Shown here in pieces: positions 1 to 10,054 of a stretch of DNA of 64,000 bases. Origin of the DNA: Myxococcota bacterium (GTDB taxonomy: Bacteria > Myxococcota_A > UBA9160 > UBA6930); NCBI GenBank assembly GCA_965223415.1, contig OZ245002.1, forward strand, positions 3,584,001-3,648,000, given 5' to 3'. The notes beneath the pieces were generated by a model that worked only from the letters and a program-made list of their open reading frames with translations, had not been told where the DNA came from and made no database searches. Positions within the stretch are counted from its first letter, which is position 1. Every line of letters begins with the position of its first letter. The position numbers were made by a program, and so were the translations under genes.

Positions 1-2
1 TG

Positions 3-623
3 AAGAGCGCCGTCCTCGACACCGGGCCCTTCCTCTACGACACCTTCGACGTCTTCTACGCCCTGCGCGGCCTACCCCTCGAGATCGGGCTGGCGGCGGA
101 GCTCCCGGTATACGCCTCGCGCAAGGTCTACGGCCTGCACGTGGACGTGGAGCGCCGCGAGGCCGTGGACGATCCGGTTCTCGGCGCCACCGAGGCCTTC
201 GTGCTGCGCCCCTACGACAGCCTCGACGGCGAGCCCCAGGACGACGGCGCCGGCGAGGTGTGGGTCGACGCCCGGGCGCCCCACGTCCCGATCCGCCTGC
301 GCGGTTGGTTCCGCACGGTGAGCGAGCGGCTGCGGGTGGGCGGCGTGCGCGTCTCCCTGGCCGGCTACCGCGCCAGGGCCGAGGGCTGGCCCGTGCCGTC
401 CTTCCACACCACGCCCGCACGTCCGTGGCCCGCGCGGACGAAGCGTGGCACTCCGGAGTGGGACGTGCCGCCCACGGTGGCCGCGGCCCGCGAGGCGCGC
501 GGGGAGGCGCCGGGCAAGCAGCGTCTCGACGGGCTCCTCGCACCGCGGGAGGGCTGCGACGAGCGGCCGAGCCGCGCTTGGGCACGGGTGGCGATGGCGA
601 CGCCGGCCTGCCCCGGAACCTGA
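3..623 (+). CDS. DUF3108-like protein, C-terminal part (5' end outside window)
   Basis: Frame open from base 3: KSAVLDTGPFLYDTFDVFYALRGLPL...VYASRKVY...GEVWVDARAPHVPIRL, resembling the DUF3108 'D..s..y.lR..pl / vW......lPvr' pattern. Confidence 0.5.
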   Translation, partial: KSAVLDTGPFLYDTFDVFYALRGLPLEIGLAAELPVYASRKVYGLHVDVERREAVDDPVLGATEAFVLRPYDSLDGEPQDDGAGEVWVDARAPHVPIRLRGWFRTVSERLRVGGVRVSLAGYRARAEGWPVPSFHTTPARPWPARTKRGTPEWDVPPTVAAAREARGEAPGKQRLDGLLAPREGCDERPSRAWARVAMATPACPGT

Positions 624-639
624 GGCCCGAGCGACGGGA

Positions 640-1233
640 ATGCCCGGCTGGAAGGCCTTCGTGCTCACCCTCACCGCCCTCGGTGCGATCTCCGCGCCCG
701 CCGGCTGGCTCGTCACCGATCGCCTCGAGCAGGACAACGACTTCTGCGTCTCCTGCCACCTCGACGCGGACACGGCGCTCCACGAGAGCAACCACGCCGA
801 CCTGGACACCCGCCCGCCGGAGGCCCTGGCTCCCGCCCACGCCGCCGCCGGGCACCGGGACGGCCGCGCCTTCCGCTGCATCGACTGCCATGGGGGTGCG
901 GGCTTCGTCGGGCGCGCCCGGGTGAAGCTGCTCTCGGCCAAGGACGCCTTCTGGTACGTTGTCGGCCGATTCGAGGAGCCGGAGGGGATGCACTGGCCGC
1001 TGTGGGACGAGGACTGCGTGAAATGCCACGACACTTTCGACCCGCCCGCTCGCGAGCCGTGGGAGCCGCCGGCCTTCCATGGGCTGCCCGTCCACAACAA
1101 CGTGCTCGGCGTCGCCTGCGTCACCTGCCACGCTGCCCACGAGCGCGGCGGGCTCGCCGACCAGTTCTTCCTGCATCCCGAACCGGTGCGCGCCGCCTGC
1201 GCGGGATGTCACCCGGAGTTCGAAGAGGAGTAG
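640..1233 (+). CDS. Membrane-anchored pentahaem cytochrome c (NapC/NirT-like)
   Basis: N-terminal hydrophobic helix followed by five CxxCH motifs (CVSCH, CIDCH, CVKCH, CVTCH, CAGCH). Confidence 0.8.
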   Translation: MPGWKAFVLTLTALGAISAPAGWLVTDRLEQDNDFCVSCHLDADTALHESNHADLDTRPPEALAPAHAAAGHRDGRAFRCIDCHGGAGFVGRARVKLLSAKDAFWYVVGRFEEPEGMHWPLWDEDCVKCHDTFDPPAREPWEPPAFHGLPVHNNVLGVACVTCHAAHERGGLADQFFLHPEPVRAACAGCHPEFEEE

Positions 1234-1239
1234 CCCGTC

Positions 1240-2046
1240 ATGACCGTTCGTCCGTTCGTCTTAGTCGTTGCCCTCGCCAGCCTGGTGCTCGTCGGCCCCG
1301 CCGGCGCCTACCCGGGTGGCACGCCCGCCTTCCAGACTGACGCCGCGCCCTTCTGCGCCGGCTGCCATTCCTCTCTGGACGAGGCGGTCTTCGCCGGCGG
1401 GACGCCGGGCTTCGCCGCCAAGCAGCTCGCCGAGAACAAGCACCTGGCCCTGATCCGGGCCGGGGAGGGCGGCTACGGGAAGCTCTCCGCCGAGCAGCGC
1501 CAGGAGCTGATCGGTCACATCCAGGCCCTGGACGCGGCCTCGACCGTCACGGTGAACGTGCTGCCCTCCGCCAAGCCCGGCGAGGAGGTCACCGTCACGG
1601 TGGACGTCACCGGCGGCGCCGGGCCGGTGGTCGGGGTCGCCCTGGTGGACGGCGCCCACCGCGCGCTGGCCCGACCCATTGCCGGCGCCGGCTGGCAGGT
1701 GATCGGGGAGCCGAAGGTGATCGGCCAGGACTTCAAGGAGCAGAGCGAGTGGCTGCACAAGCGGCCCGCCCAGGCCGGCCGGAACCTCTCCTTCGTGAAC
1801 GTGCGCGGCATCCGCTCCGATGCGGCGGCCGGGGAGTGGGGCCGGGCCCAGGTGGTGTGGAAGCTGCGGGCGCCCACCACGCCCGGAACCCATCCGCTGG
1901 CGGCCGCCTATTGGTATGGGACCGAGAAGGGCTCGCCCCTCGGCGTGATCGAGGATCCGGTTCGTGGCAAGATGCTGCGCGGGGGCTACGCCGGCGGCTC
2001 CGGCCGCGTGGTGTTCAGTGACGTGATCGGAGTGCAGGTCCGATGA
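1240..2046 (+). CDS. Exported monohaem cytochrome c with beta-rich (reeler/Ig-like) C-terminal domain
   Basis: Signal peptide ending AGA-Y, one CAGCH motif, then beta-strand-rich region ending VVWKLRAP. Confidence 0.6.
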   Translation: MTVRPFVLVVALASLVLVGPAGAYPGGTPAFQTDAAPFCAGCHSSLDEAVFAGGTPGFAAKQLAENKHLALIRAGEGGYGKLSAEQRQELIGHIQALDAASTVTVNVLPSAKPGEEVTVTVDVTGGAGPVVGVALVDGAHRALARPIAGAGWQVIGEPKVIGQDFKEQSEWLHKRPAQAGRNLSFVNVRGIRSDAAAGEWGRAQVVWKLRAPTTPGTHPLAAAYWYGTEKGSPLGVIEDPVRGKMLRGGYAGGSGRVVFSDVIGVQVR

Positions 2047-4139
2047 AGATGCGCGCTCTCGTCCCCCTGACCGGCCTCCTGGGGGCGTGTGCGCTCCTGC
2101 CCCTCGCCGACGCGCCCTCGGCGCCGTCCGGCGTCGCCCAGGTGGACGACGCGCGGCTCGTCGCCGCCGGCGACGAGACCGGCACCTGGCTCACCTACGG
2201 TCGCACCTACAGCGAGCAGCGCTTCAGCCCCCTCGCCCAGATCGACGAGAGCAACGTGTCCGAGCTCGGTCTGGCCTGGGCCTTCGAGCCGGGCACGAAG
2301 CGCGGCCTCGAGGCCACGCCGATCGTCGTCGGGGGCACGATCTACACGACCGGCACCTGGAGCGTGATCTTCGCGATCGATGCCCGCACCGGCGATCTCA
2401 AGTGGCGCTACGACCCCCGGGTGCCGCGCGAGACTGCCGGCATCGCCTGCTGCGACGTCGTCAACCGCGGCGTCGCCGTCTACAAGGGCCGGGTGTTCGC
2501 CGGCACCCTCGACGGCCGGCTCGTCTCGCTGGACGCGGAGACCGGCGAGCTGATCTACGAGGTCGTCACCATCGACCCGAGCCGCCCCTACACCATCACC
2601 ATGGCCCCGCGCGTGGTGAAGGGGAAGGTCATCCTCGGCAACGGCGGCGCCGAGTTCGGCGTGCGCGGCTACGTGAGCGCCTACGACTGGGAGACGGGAG
2701 ACCTCGTGTGGCGCTTCTACACGGTGCCGGGCGATCCCTCCCAGCCCTTCGAGCACCCGGAGCTCGTGACGGCGGCGGAGACCTGGACCGGCGAGTGGTG
2801 GAAGGTCGGCGGCGGCGGGACCGTGTGGGATTCGGTGGCCTACGACCCGGAGCTCGACCTGCTCTACGTCGGCACCGGCAACGGCTCGCCCTGGAGCCGC
2901 TACGTGCGCAGCCCCGGCGGCGGCGACAACCTCTACGTCTGCTCGATCCTGGCCCTGGACCCGGATACCGGCCGCCTCGTCTGGCACTACCAGACGACCC
3001 CCGGCGACAACTGGGACTTCACCTCCACCCAGCACATCATGCTCGCCGATCTCGACATCGGCGGCCGCGAGCGCAAGGTGCTGATGCAGGCGCCGAAGAA
3101 CGGCTTCTTCTACGTGCTCGACCGGGAGACCGGCGAGCTGATCTCGGCGGAGGCCTTCGCCAAGGTCACCTGGGCCGAGGGCATCGACCCGGCGACCGGT
3201 CGGCCCGTCGAAGTAGAGGGGCTCGACTACCGCAAGGAGATCGTCGAGATCTACCCCTCGCCCCACGGCGCCCACAACTGGCACCCGATGTCCTTCAACC
3301 CGGACACCGGGCTCGTCTACATCCCGACCCACGAGGTGCCCTACTTCTTCCGGCTCGATCCGGAGTACGACTACAAGCCCGGCGCCTGGAACCTGGGCTA
3401 CGACTTCACCGTCGCCGACGACTTTCCCCGCGACGTGGTGTCCGGACACCTGCTCGCCTGGGACCCGGTCGCCCAGAAGGAGGTGTGGCGCGCCCAGTAC
3501 ACGGGCCCGTGGAACGGCGGGACGCTCTCGACCGCCGGCAACCTGGTCTTCCAGGGCACCGCCCACGGCACCTTCGCCGCCTACCGGGCCAGCGACGGCA
3601 CGCCGCTTTGGGAGACCCCCGCTGGCACCGGCATCGTGGCGGCGCCCGTCACCTACGAGCTGGACGGTGAGCAGTACGTCGCCGTGATGGCCGGTTGGGG
3701 CGGAGCCTTTGCCCTGGCCGCCGGCGACGCCGCCGCGGCCGCCGGCACCACCGACAACACGGGACGGCTGCTGGTCTTCAGGCGCGGCGGAACGGCAAAG
3801 CTCCCCGTCCACGAGGCGGTGGAGCGCGAGCTCGCCGCCATCCCGGCCGCGCTCGACGCCGACCAGGTGCAGCGCGGCAACCACCTCTTCCACCGCTGGT
3901 GCGGCACCTGCCACGGCCCCGGCGTGAAGAGCGGCGGCGTCCTGCCCGACCTGCGCAAGGCCGAGCCCGGTATCTACGACACCCTCGAGGACATCGTGCT
4001 GAACGGGACGCGCATTCCCAACGGCATGCCGCGCTTCGACGCGTGGCTCGGCCCCGAGGACGTGGCCGACCTCCGGGCCTACATCCTGAGTCGCAGGGCG
4101 GCGCTGCTCGCGGAGCGGGCCGCCGCCGAGAGTCCCTGA
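2043..4139 (+). CDS. PQQ-dependent quinohaemoprotein alcohol dehydrogenase (type II)
   Basis: Signal peptide, [16 protein letters not shown], vicinal [32 protein letters not shown]-terminal CGTCH cytochrome domain; ATGA overlap with upstream gene. Confidence 0.95.
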   Translation: MKMRALVPLTGLLGACALLPLADAPSAPSGVAQVDDARLVAAGDETGTWLTYGRTYSEQRFSPLAQIDESNVSELGLAWAFEPGTKRGLEATPIVVGGTIYTTGTWSVIFAIDARTGDLKWRYDPRVPRETAGIACCDVVNRGVAVYKGRVFAGTLDGRLVSLDAETGELIYEVVTIDPSRPYTITMAPRVVKGKVILGNGGAEFGVRGYVSAYDWETGDLVWRFYTVPGDPSQPFEHPELVTAAETWTGEWWKVGGGGTVWDSVAYDPELDLLYVGTGNGSPWSRYVRSPGGGDNLYVCSILALDPDTGRLVWHYQTTPGDNWDFTSTQHIMLADLDIGGRERKVLMQAPKNGFFYVLDRETGELISAEAFAKVTWAEGIDPATGRPVEVEGLDYRKEIVEIYPSPHGAHNWHPMSFNPDTGLVYIPTHEVPYFFRLDPEYDYKPGAWNLGYDFTVADDFPRDVVSGHLLAWDPVAQKEVWRAQYTGPWNGGTLSTAGNLVFQGTAHGTFAAYRASDGTPLWETPAGTGIVAAPVTYELDGEQYVAVMAGWGGAFALAAGDAAAAAGTTDNTGRLLVFRRGGTAKLPVHEAVERELAAIPAALDADQVQRGNHLFHRWCGTCHGPGVKSGGVLPDLRKAEPGIYDTLEDIVLNGTRIPNGMPRFDAWLGPEDVADLRAYILSRRAALLAERAAAESP

Positions 4140-4150
4140 AGGAGAACCTC

Positions 4151-5425
4151 GTGCAACCGAAGGAAGTGCTCGCCGCCGACGAGATCGACCTCGCCGATCC
4201 CCTCTTCTGGGTGCGTCCCGCCGAGGAACGCGAGGGCGCCTTCCAGACCCTGCGGCGCGAGCGGCCCATCTCCTTCCACGAGGAGAAGCAGCTGCTCCCC
4301 GAGCTGCCGAGTGGCCCGGGCTTCTACGCGCTGACGCGCCACGCGGACATCCTGGAGGCCAGCCGCAACGCCGACGTCTTCTGCTCCGGCCGCGGCACCC
4401 AGATCGCCGACATGCCCGAGAGTTTCAACGAGTTCTTCGGCTCCATGATCAACATGGACGACCCGGCCCACGGCCGCCTGCGCCGCATCGTGAATCGGGG
4501 ATTCACGAAGCACGCCCTGGCGCGCATCGAAGCGGACGTCGAGCGCCGTGCGAAGGACGTGGTCGACGCGGTCATCGAGAAGGGCGGGTGCGACTTCGTC
4601 TCCGAGATCGCTGCGCCGCTGCCGCTCGGGATCATCTGCGACATGATGGGCATCCCCGAGAGCCAGGAGCGCTTCGTCTTCGACCAGACCAACGTCATCC
4701 TGGGCCTCGGCGATCCGGACTACGTGCAGCCCGGCAAGAGCCCCATCGTCGCCGCCCTCGAGGCCGGCGGCGCCCTCGCGACGCTGATGAAGGAGCTGGC
4801 CGAGCTGCGCAAGCGCGAGCCCGGAGACGACCTGACCTCGAAGCTCGTGAACGCCGAGGTGGAGGGAGAGACCCTTGAGCACGCCGAGCTGGCCAGCTTC
4901 TTCGTGCTTCTGGTGGTGGCCGGCAACGAGACCACCCGCAACGGAATCAGCCACGGTATGAAGGCCCTGTGCGACTTCCCGGACGAGCGCGCGAAGTGGG
5001 TGGCAGACTTCGAGGGCGTCGCCCCGACTGCCATCGAGGAGATCGTCCGCTGGGCCAGCCCGGTGATCCACTTCCGCCGCACCGTCACCCGCGACACGGC
5101 GCTCTCGGGCCAGGAGCTCCGGGAAGGCGACAAGGTCGTCCTCTGGTACGGCTCGGGAAATCGGGACGAGGACGCCTTCACCGATCCCTACCGCTTCGAC
5201 GTGACCCGCACCCCCAACGAGCACGTGGGCTTCGGCGGCCCCGGCCCCCACTTCTGCCTGGGCGCGAACCTGGCCCGTCGCGAGATGAAGGTGATGTTCC
5301 GCGAGATCTTCCGGCGGCTGCCGGACCTCACGATCACCGGCCCGCCGGAGCGGCTGCTCTCGGCGTTCATCCACGGGATCAAGCGGATGCCGTGTGCGTT
5401 CACGCCCGGGGGCGTGGGGTCGTAG
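4151..5425 (+). CDS. Cytochrome P450 (CYP124/125/142-like)
   Basis: AGNETT I-helix, EEIVR ExxR, FGGPGPHFCLGANLAR haem-thiolate motif; AGGAG before GTG start. Confidence 0.95.
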   Translation: MQPKEVLAADEIDLADPLFWVRPAEEREGAFQTLRRERPISFHEEKQLLPELPSGPGFYALTRHADILEASRNADVFCSGRGTQIADMPESFNEFFGSMINMDDPAHGRLRRIVNRGFTKHALARIEADVERRAKDVVDAVIEKGGCDFVSEIAAPLPLGIICDMMGIPESQERFVFDQTNVILGLGDPDYVQPGKSPIVAALEAGGALATLMKELAELRKREPGDDLTSKLVNAEVEGETLEHAELASFFVLLVVAGNETTRNGISHGMKALCDFPDERAKWVADFEGVAPTAIEEIVRWASPVIHFRRTVTRDTALSGQELREGDKVVLWYGSGNRDEDAFTDPYRFDVTRTPNEHVGFGGPGPHFCLGANLARREMKVMFREIFRRLPDLTITGPPERLLSAFIHGIKRMPCAFTPGGVGS

Positions 5426-5626
5426 GAGATCTGCGGCTTCGAGCCGGGGCGGGCGGACCTGGCGCTCCGGGTCAGACAGGGCACAGTAGTGGCGACGGTT
5501 CGGTGGCCCCACCGGTCAAGTGGGTCTGTCGAGGGGGCTCTCGCAAGGGACCTCACCGAGGTCGTGTGCTCGTGGCGTTCAGCTGGCAGCCCCGGACAGG
5601 CGGCGACGGGCTTTCCTCGGTCTCCG

Positions 5627-6529
5627 CTACCGGGTTCCCTCCACCGATACATGCACCGTCGCCATCCCCTGGTAGCTCTCGGAACCCGGGAGCCCGAGTT
5701 CGATAGCTGCTGCCCTGGACAATCGGATCTGCAATCCATCAACGTTTCCGCGTTGAACTCCCATGAGCAAGATGCCGCCTATGCTTCTGGCGTCGTGGAC
5801 CTTGAGAACCGTCTCGAACGGATAGTAGCTACCGCAGCCAAGCCAACCGTAGTCCGTTTCTCTGGCCTCGTTAGGGATCACAACGACCGCTTGTTTGGCT
5901 TCGTGGTCGAAGAGCTTTCCGCATGTGGTACCCTCGCCGTCGTGTTTCTTCGCCAGAACAACAGCCGTGGCGGGGACCGGCACCTTCCCGAACGACACGA
6001 CGCTTGACGCGTCGACGGTTCGCGGGTTTGTGTAGGTACCGAACTCTCGGACTAGATCAGCACGAAACCGCTCGAGTAGGGCAGCGTAGAAGGCCCCACG
6101 GTCCAGGAGCTGAGCGAACTCGTCCTTCTCGGCCGTCGTCATGGTTTCCCAGATCTCGGGTTCTATCCCCTGCTTGACTTCAGGAAGTTGGGCCAAGCCG
6201 AGTTTCTGGAAGTGCGGTGTGAACGTGGAGAAGCGCGACGCAGCTGGATACAGATGTTCCAAGACCGGCTGTGCTGCGATCTGCGGCTTCAGGAACCCGA
6301 GCGAAAAGAGACAGAGGAGGCCTGCAAGGAACGCGACGCCGATCTTCGCCTTCGACTTCCAGAAGTCGAGGGCCGCAGCGTCCGCGATGGCTCTGATGTC
6401 CGCGTCGGACTTCCTCTCTTGACTCAACCGGATCTGTTGGGCAGAGAGCTCCCCAAGTTGACGCTCAACCGCCGTCAGGAGGGTCGCTGAATACTGCTCG
6501 AAGTCGCCGGACGAAGAACTCATCCTCAT
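5627..6529 (-). CDS. Hypothetical single-pass membrane protein; C-terminus resembles a degenerate RlpA-like DPBB domain
   Basis: 300-aa ORF with atypical codon usage, one TM segment (IGVAFLAGLLCLFSLGFL), tail VLKVHD...IRLSRAAAIELGL...GMATVHVSV. Confidence 0.55.
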   Translation of the reverse strand: MRMSSSSGDFEQYSATLLTAVERQLGELSAQQIRLSQERKSDADIRAIADAAALDFWKSKAKIGVAFLAGLLCLFSLGFLKPQIAAQPVLEHLYPAASRFSTFTPHFQKLGLAQLPEVKQGIEPEIWETMTTAEKDEFAQLLDRGAFYAALLERFRADLVREFGTYTNPRTVDASSVVSFGKVPVPATAVVLAKKHDGEGTTCGKLFDHEAKQAVVVIPNEARETDYGWLGCGSYYPFETVLKVHDARSIGGILLMGVQRGNVDGLQIRLSRAAAIELGLPGSESYQGMATVHVSVEGTR

Positions 6530-6984
6530 CTCTCCTCGACGCTACGTGCGCGTTGGTCCCCAAGGTCCTCGAGTTCGCCCAGGATGTCGTCGCCTTCTAG
6601 GACTTCGGCCGCGGCATACGTGAGGTTGCCGTCGTCGTAGCGCGATGCTCGCCAGGACAGCCAGCGATACTCGCCGGTCTTCGAGCGGTATCGATTGCGG
6701 AAGTCCGCGACTCCATGCTTGTGAAGATCGCCGGCTGCCGCTTGGGTGGCGTCACGGTCGTGTGGGTGGACGAGTTCGAGGTATGGCTTGCCTTCCATCG
6801 AGTGCGGTGCTCGCCCCAGCTCCACCTCCCAGGCGCGATTGGCCTTGACGCAGATCCCGTTTGCGTCTGCGATCAGCAGGAGCAGGGGCGACTCGAAAAA
6901 GAAGGGTTCCACATCCGCTGTCCGGAGCTGGCCTTGGAGATAGAGCTTCTCGGTCAGCTCGCGTAGACGATCCAAGGCGTCCAT
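6526..6984 (-). CDS. Stand-alone PAS domain protein
   Basis: FFFESPLLLLIADANG...ANRAWEVELG...LELVHPHDR...FRNRYRSKTGEYRWLSW is a classic PAS/PAC pattern; no output domain. Confidence 0.8.
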   Translation of the reverse strand: MDALDRLRELTEKLYLQGQLRTADVEPFFFESPLLLLIADANGICVKANRAWEVELGRAPHSMEGKPYLELVHPHDRDATQAAAGDLHKHGVADFRNRYRSKTGEYRWLSWRASRYDDGNLTYAAAEVLEGDDILGELEDLGDQRARSVEER

Positions 6985-7389
6985 GGCAGATCTCCGAAGG
7001 CGCCGGCTTGGGCGACCGCCGCCCCGATTCGATGGCGACACCTCAATGCTAAGCCTGGCCGGTGGCAGTCCGATGTGAACCGCTTCACACCGAGCGACCT
7101 CTCGTTCTTCCTGGGAGCTTCTCCCGAGTGATGCCCTGGTGTTCGGTGCCGAAGGCTCCGCCAAGTCAACCTCAGTCGCGCGTGGGGGACCTTCGCCCGG
7201 CAGGTAGGCCAGCCGCGGCGGTCTAAGGTGCCCAGCCTAAATGGGGTGGGAGGCGGGGTGCCTCAGTCCAACGCCGATCCGGCCCAGACCAAGCGCTCGC
7301 GTCGCGCAGGCGAGGCCCACGCGCACCTGCCGTGAACCCGGCCCCGGGCCGTGCCACAATGGACGCCTTCGTTCTGGAGGGAACCCGTC

Positions 7390-9216
7390 GTGAAGCGCGC
7401 CTCGATCCTCTTCGTCCTGCTGCTCTGCAGTGCATCCTCCGCCTGGGCGGAGACCGGCTCCTACTCGCCCTACGCCGGCGAGAGCCTTCCGATGCAGCTC
7501 TTGTGGGGCGATACCCACGTGCACAGCTCCTTCAGCATGGACGCGAGCACGATGGGCAACACGCGGCTCGATCCGGGGGCGGCCTACCGCTTCGCGAAGG
7601 GGGAGACGGTCACGTCGAACACCGGCCAGGCGGTGCGGCTCGATCGGCCCCTCGACTTCCTCGTCGTCTCCGACCACGCCGAGTACATGGGCGTGCTGCC
7701 GAAGATGCGCGCGCAGGATCCGCTCGTCCTCGGTGATCCGGACGGCAAGCGGATCTTCGATGCCCTCGCGGGCGGCCCGGACGCGGCGGGCGAGATCATG
7801 CAGGAGCTGATCGCCTCGCTGATGAGCAACCGGCCGATCTTCGACAACGAGCAGGTGAAGCGCAGCATCTGGAGCGAGATCACCTCCCTCGCGGATCGGC
7901 ACAACCGGCCCGGCGTCTTCAGCGCCCTGATCGGCTACGAGTGGACATCGATGCCGGGAGGCGACAACCTGCACCGGGTGGTCGTCTACGCGGACGGGGC
8001 GGACAAGGCGGCGCAGCTCATCCCCGTGTCCGCCTTCGACGGCCAGCGTCCCGAGGATCTCTGGGGGTTCCTGCAGCGCTACGAGGCGAAGACCGGCGGG
8101 CGCATCCTCGCCATCCCCCACAACGGGAACGTGAGCAACGGTCGCATGTTCGCGGTGGAGGACTCGAGCGGCGCGCCGATCGGCGGGCCCTATGCCACGC
8201 GGCGGGCGCGCTGGGAGCCGCTGGTCGAGGTGACCCAGATCAAGGGCGACGCCGAGACCCATCCCCTGCTCTCGCCGGACGACGAGTACGCGGACTTCGA
8301 GACCTGGGACACGGGCAACCTGAACATCGGCGCCACGGTGCCGAAGAAGGCCAGCATGCTCGAGTACGAGTACGCCCGCTCGGCCCTGGGGCTCGGCCTG
8401 CGCCTCGAGGCGGCCACCGGTGTGAACCCCTTCAAGTTCGGCATGATCGGCAGCACCGACGCCCACACCTCCCTCGCCACCGGCGCCGAGGACAACTTCT
8501 GGGGCAAGGCGGTGATGGTGGAGCCTGGGCAGCCGCGCACGAACGAGGTGTTTCTGCCCTCGGCCGGCGGCGACGAGCTGGCGATCATGGCCTGGCAGCA
8601 GGTGGCGTCGGGCTACGCCGCCGTCTGGGCCACCGAGAACACCCGCGAGGCGATCTTCGATGCCATGCGACGCAAGGAGGTGTATGCCACGAGCGGCCCG
8701 CGCATGCGCGTGCGCTTCTTCGGCGGCTGGAGCTTCGATGCGGAGGACGCGCTGCATCCAGACCTGGCGCGCACCGGCTATCGCAAGGGCGTCCCGATGG
8801 GCGGCGATCTGCCGGCGAAGGCTGGCGACGCCCCGGCCTTCCTCGTGTCGGCCCTGCGCGATCCGAGCGGCGCCAACCTGGAGCGGGTGCAGATCGTGAA
8901 GGGCTGGCTCGACGGGGAAGGCGTGTTGCAGGAGCGCGTGCACGACGTCGCCGTGGCCGGGACGACGGGCACGACCGTCGACGAAGCCAGCGCCACCTAC
9001 ACGAACAGCGTGGGCGAGTCGCAGCTCACCGCCGTCTGGCGCGACCCGGACTTCGACCCGAGCGAGCGCGCCTTCTACTACGCCCGCGTCATCGAGATCC
9101 CCACTCCGCGCTGGAACGCCTACGATGCCGTTCGCCTCGGCACCGAAGTCACCCCCGACGCCCCGCGCACCCTCCAGGACCGCGCCTACACCTCCCCCAT
9201 CTGGTACACCCCCTGA
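7390..9216 (+). CDS. DUF3604 domain-containing exported protein (PHP-like metallohydrolase fold)
   Basis: WGDTHVHSSFSMDA, LDFLVVSDHAEY, GYEWT, NLHRVV, IPHNGNVSNG, GSTDAH, RAYTSPIWY; GGAGG before GTG. Confidence 0.9.
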   Translation: MKRASILFVLLLCSASSAWAETGSYSPYAGESLPMQLLWGDTHVHSSFSMDASTMGNTRLDPGAAYRFAKGETVTSNTGQAVRLDRPLDFLVVSDHAEYMGVLPKMRAQDPLVLGDPDGKRIFDALAGGPDAAGEIMQELIASLMSNRPIFDNEQVKRSIWSEITSLADRHNRPGVFSALIGYEWTSMPGGDNLHRVVVYADGADKAAQLIPVSAFDGQRPEDLWGFLQRYEAKTGGRILAIPHNGNVSNGRMFAVEDSSGAPIGGPYATRRARWEPLVEVTQIKGDAETHPLLSPDDEYADFETWDTGNLNIGATVPKKASMLEYEYARSALGLGLRLEAATGVNPFKFGMIGSTDAHTSLATGAEDNFWGKAVMVEPGQPRTNEVFLPSAGGDELAIMAWQQVASGYAAVWATENTREAIFDAMRRKEVYATSGPRMRVRFFGGWSFDAEDALHPDLARTGYRKGVPMGGDLPAKAGDAPAFLVSALRDPSGANLERVQIVKGWLDGEGVLQERVHDVAVAGTTGTTVDEASATYTNSVGESQLTAVWRDPDFDPSERAFYYARVIEIPTPRWNAYDAVRLGTEVTPDAPRTLQDRAYTSPIWYTP

Positions 9217-9270
9217 ACGCGACACACGGCGTGTTGCGTCCGTCTCCCCGGGGCGCGACCCTTCCGCGCG

Positions 9271-10035
9271 ATGCGCGAGCGCCTCGTTCCCCTCGAGGGC
9301 ACCCAGAACTTCCGCGATCTCGGCGGCTACCCGACGGAAGACGGGCGGACCGTGCGCTGGGGCTTCGTCTACCGCTCCGACGCGCTCTCGACGCTGACGC
9401 CGTCCGACATCGCCCGACTCGAGACCCTCGGGCTCCGGCTGGTGATCGACTTCCGCGGCGAAGAGGAGACCTACCTCGAGCCCGGGCCGTATCGGGGACA
9501 CGAGCGCGTCGCCTACCGCCACCTGCCGATCGGCGAGAACGCGTCACCTGCCGAGTGGCGCGAGCGCTTCCGTCGCGGCGAGCTCGGCGCCTTCGACGAG
9601 GGCTGGCTGGCGCGCAGCTACACGGGGATGCTCGACCGCATCCCCGACCGCTTCGCCAGCGTGCTGCGGGCGCTGGCGGAGGACGATCTGCCCGCCGTCT
9701 TCCACTGCACCGCGGGCAAGGACCGGACCGGCGTGATGGCGGCGTTGCTTCTGCGCCTACTCGGCGTGCCCCGCACCCACGTCGTCGCCGACTACGCGCT
9801 CTCGTCCCACTACACCCGGGGCGCCAGCCGGGCGGCCACGCGCTGGTTCGGCGAGCTGGGCCTCGAACGGGCCGACGTCTCCCACCTGCTCTCGGCGCTG
9901 CCCGGCAACATGGAGACCGCTCTCGACCACCTGGACGCCGAGCACGGCGGTGCCGAGCGCTATGCCCGCGAGCGGATGGGGCTCGAGGGCGACGTCGTCG
10001 TGGCCCTGCGCGAGCGTCTCCTCACCGCGAGCTGA
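9271..10035 (+). CDS. Tyrosine-protein phosphatase (Y_phosphatase3/MptpB family)
   Basis: NFRDLGGY and catalytic P-loop HCTAGKDRTG. Confidence 0.93.
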   Translation: MRERLVPLEGTQNFRDLGGYPTEDGRTVRWGFVYRSDALSTLTPSDIARLETLGLRLVIDFRGEEETYLEPGPYRGHERVAYRHLPIGENASPAEWRERFRRGELGAFDEGWLARSYTGMLDRIPDRFASVLRALAEDDLPAVFHCTAGKDRTGVMAALLLRLLGVPRTHVVADYALSSHYTRGASRAATRWFGELGLERADVSHLLSALPGNMETALDHLDAEHGGAERYARERMGLEGDVVVALRERLLTAS

Positions 10036-10054
10036 ACCCAACACCCCGTTGTGT

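Noticed and set aside
7223..7260. Possible IS terminal inverted repeat (CTAAGGTGCCCAGCCTAAATGGGGTGGGAGG) at the island's right edge
   Set aside because: No matching partner repeat or transposase found; resemblance too weak
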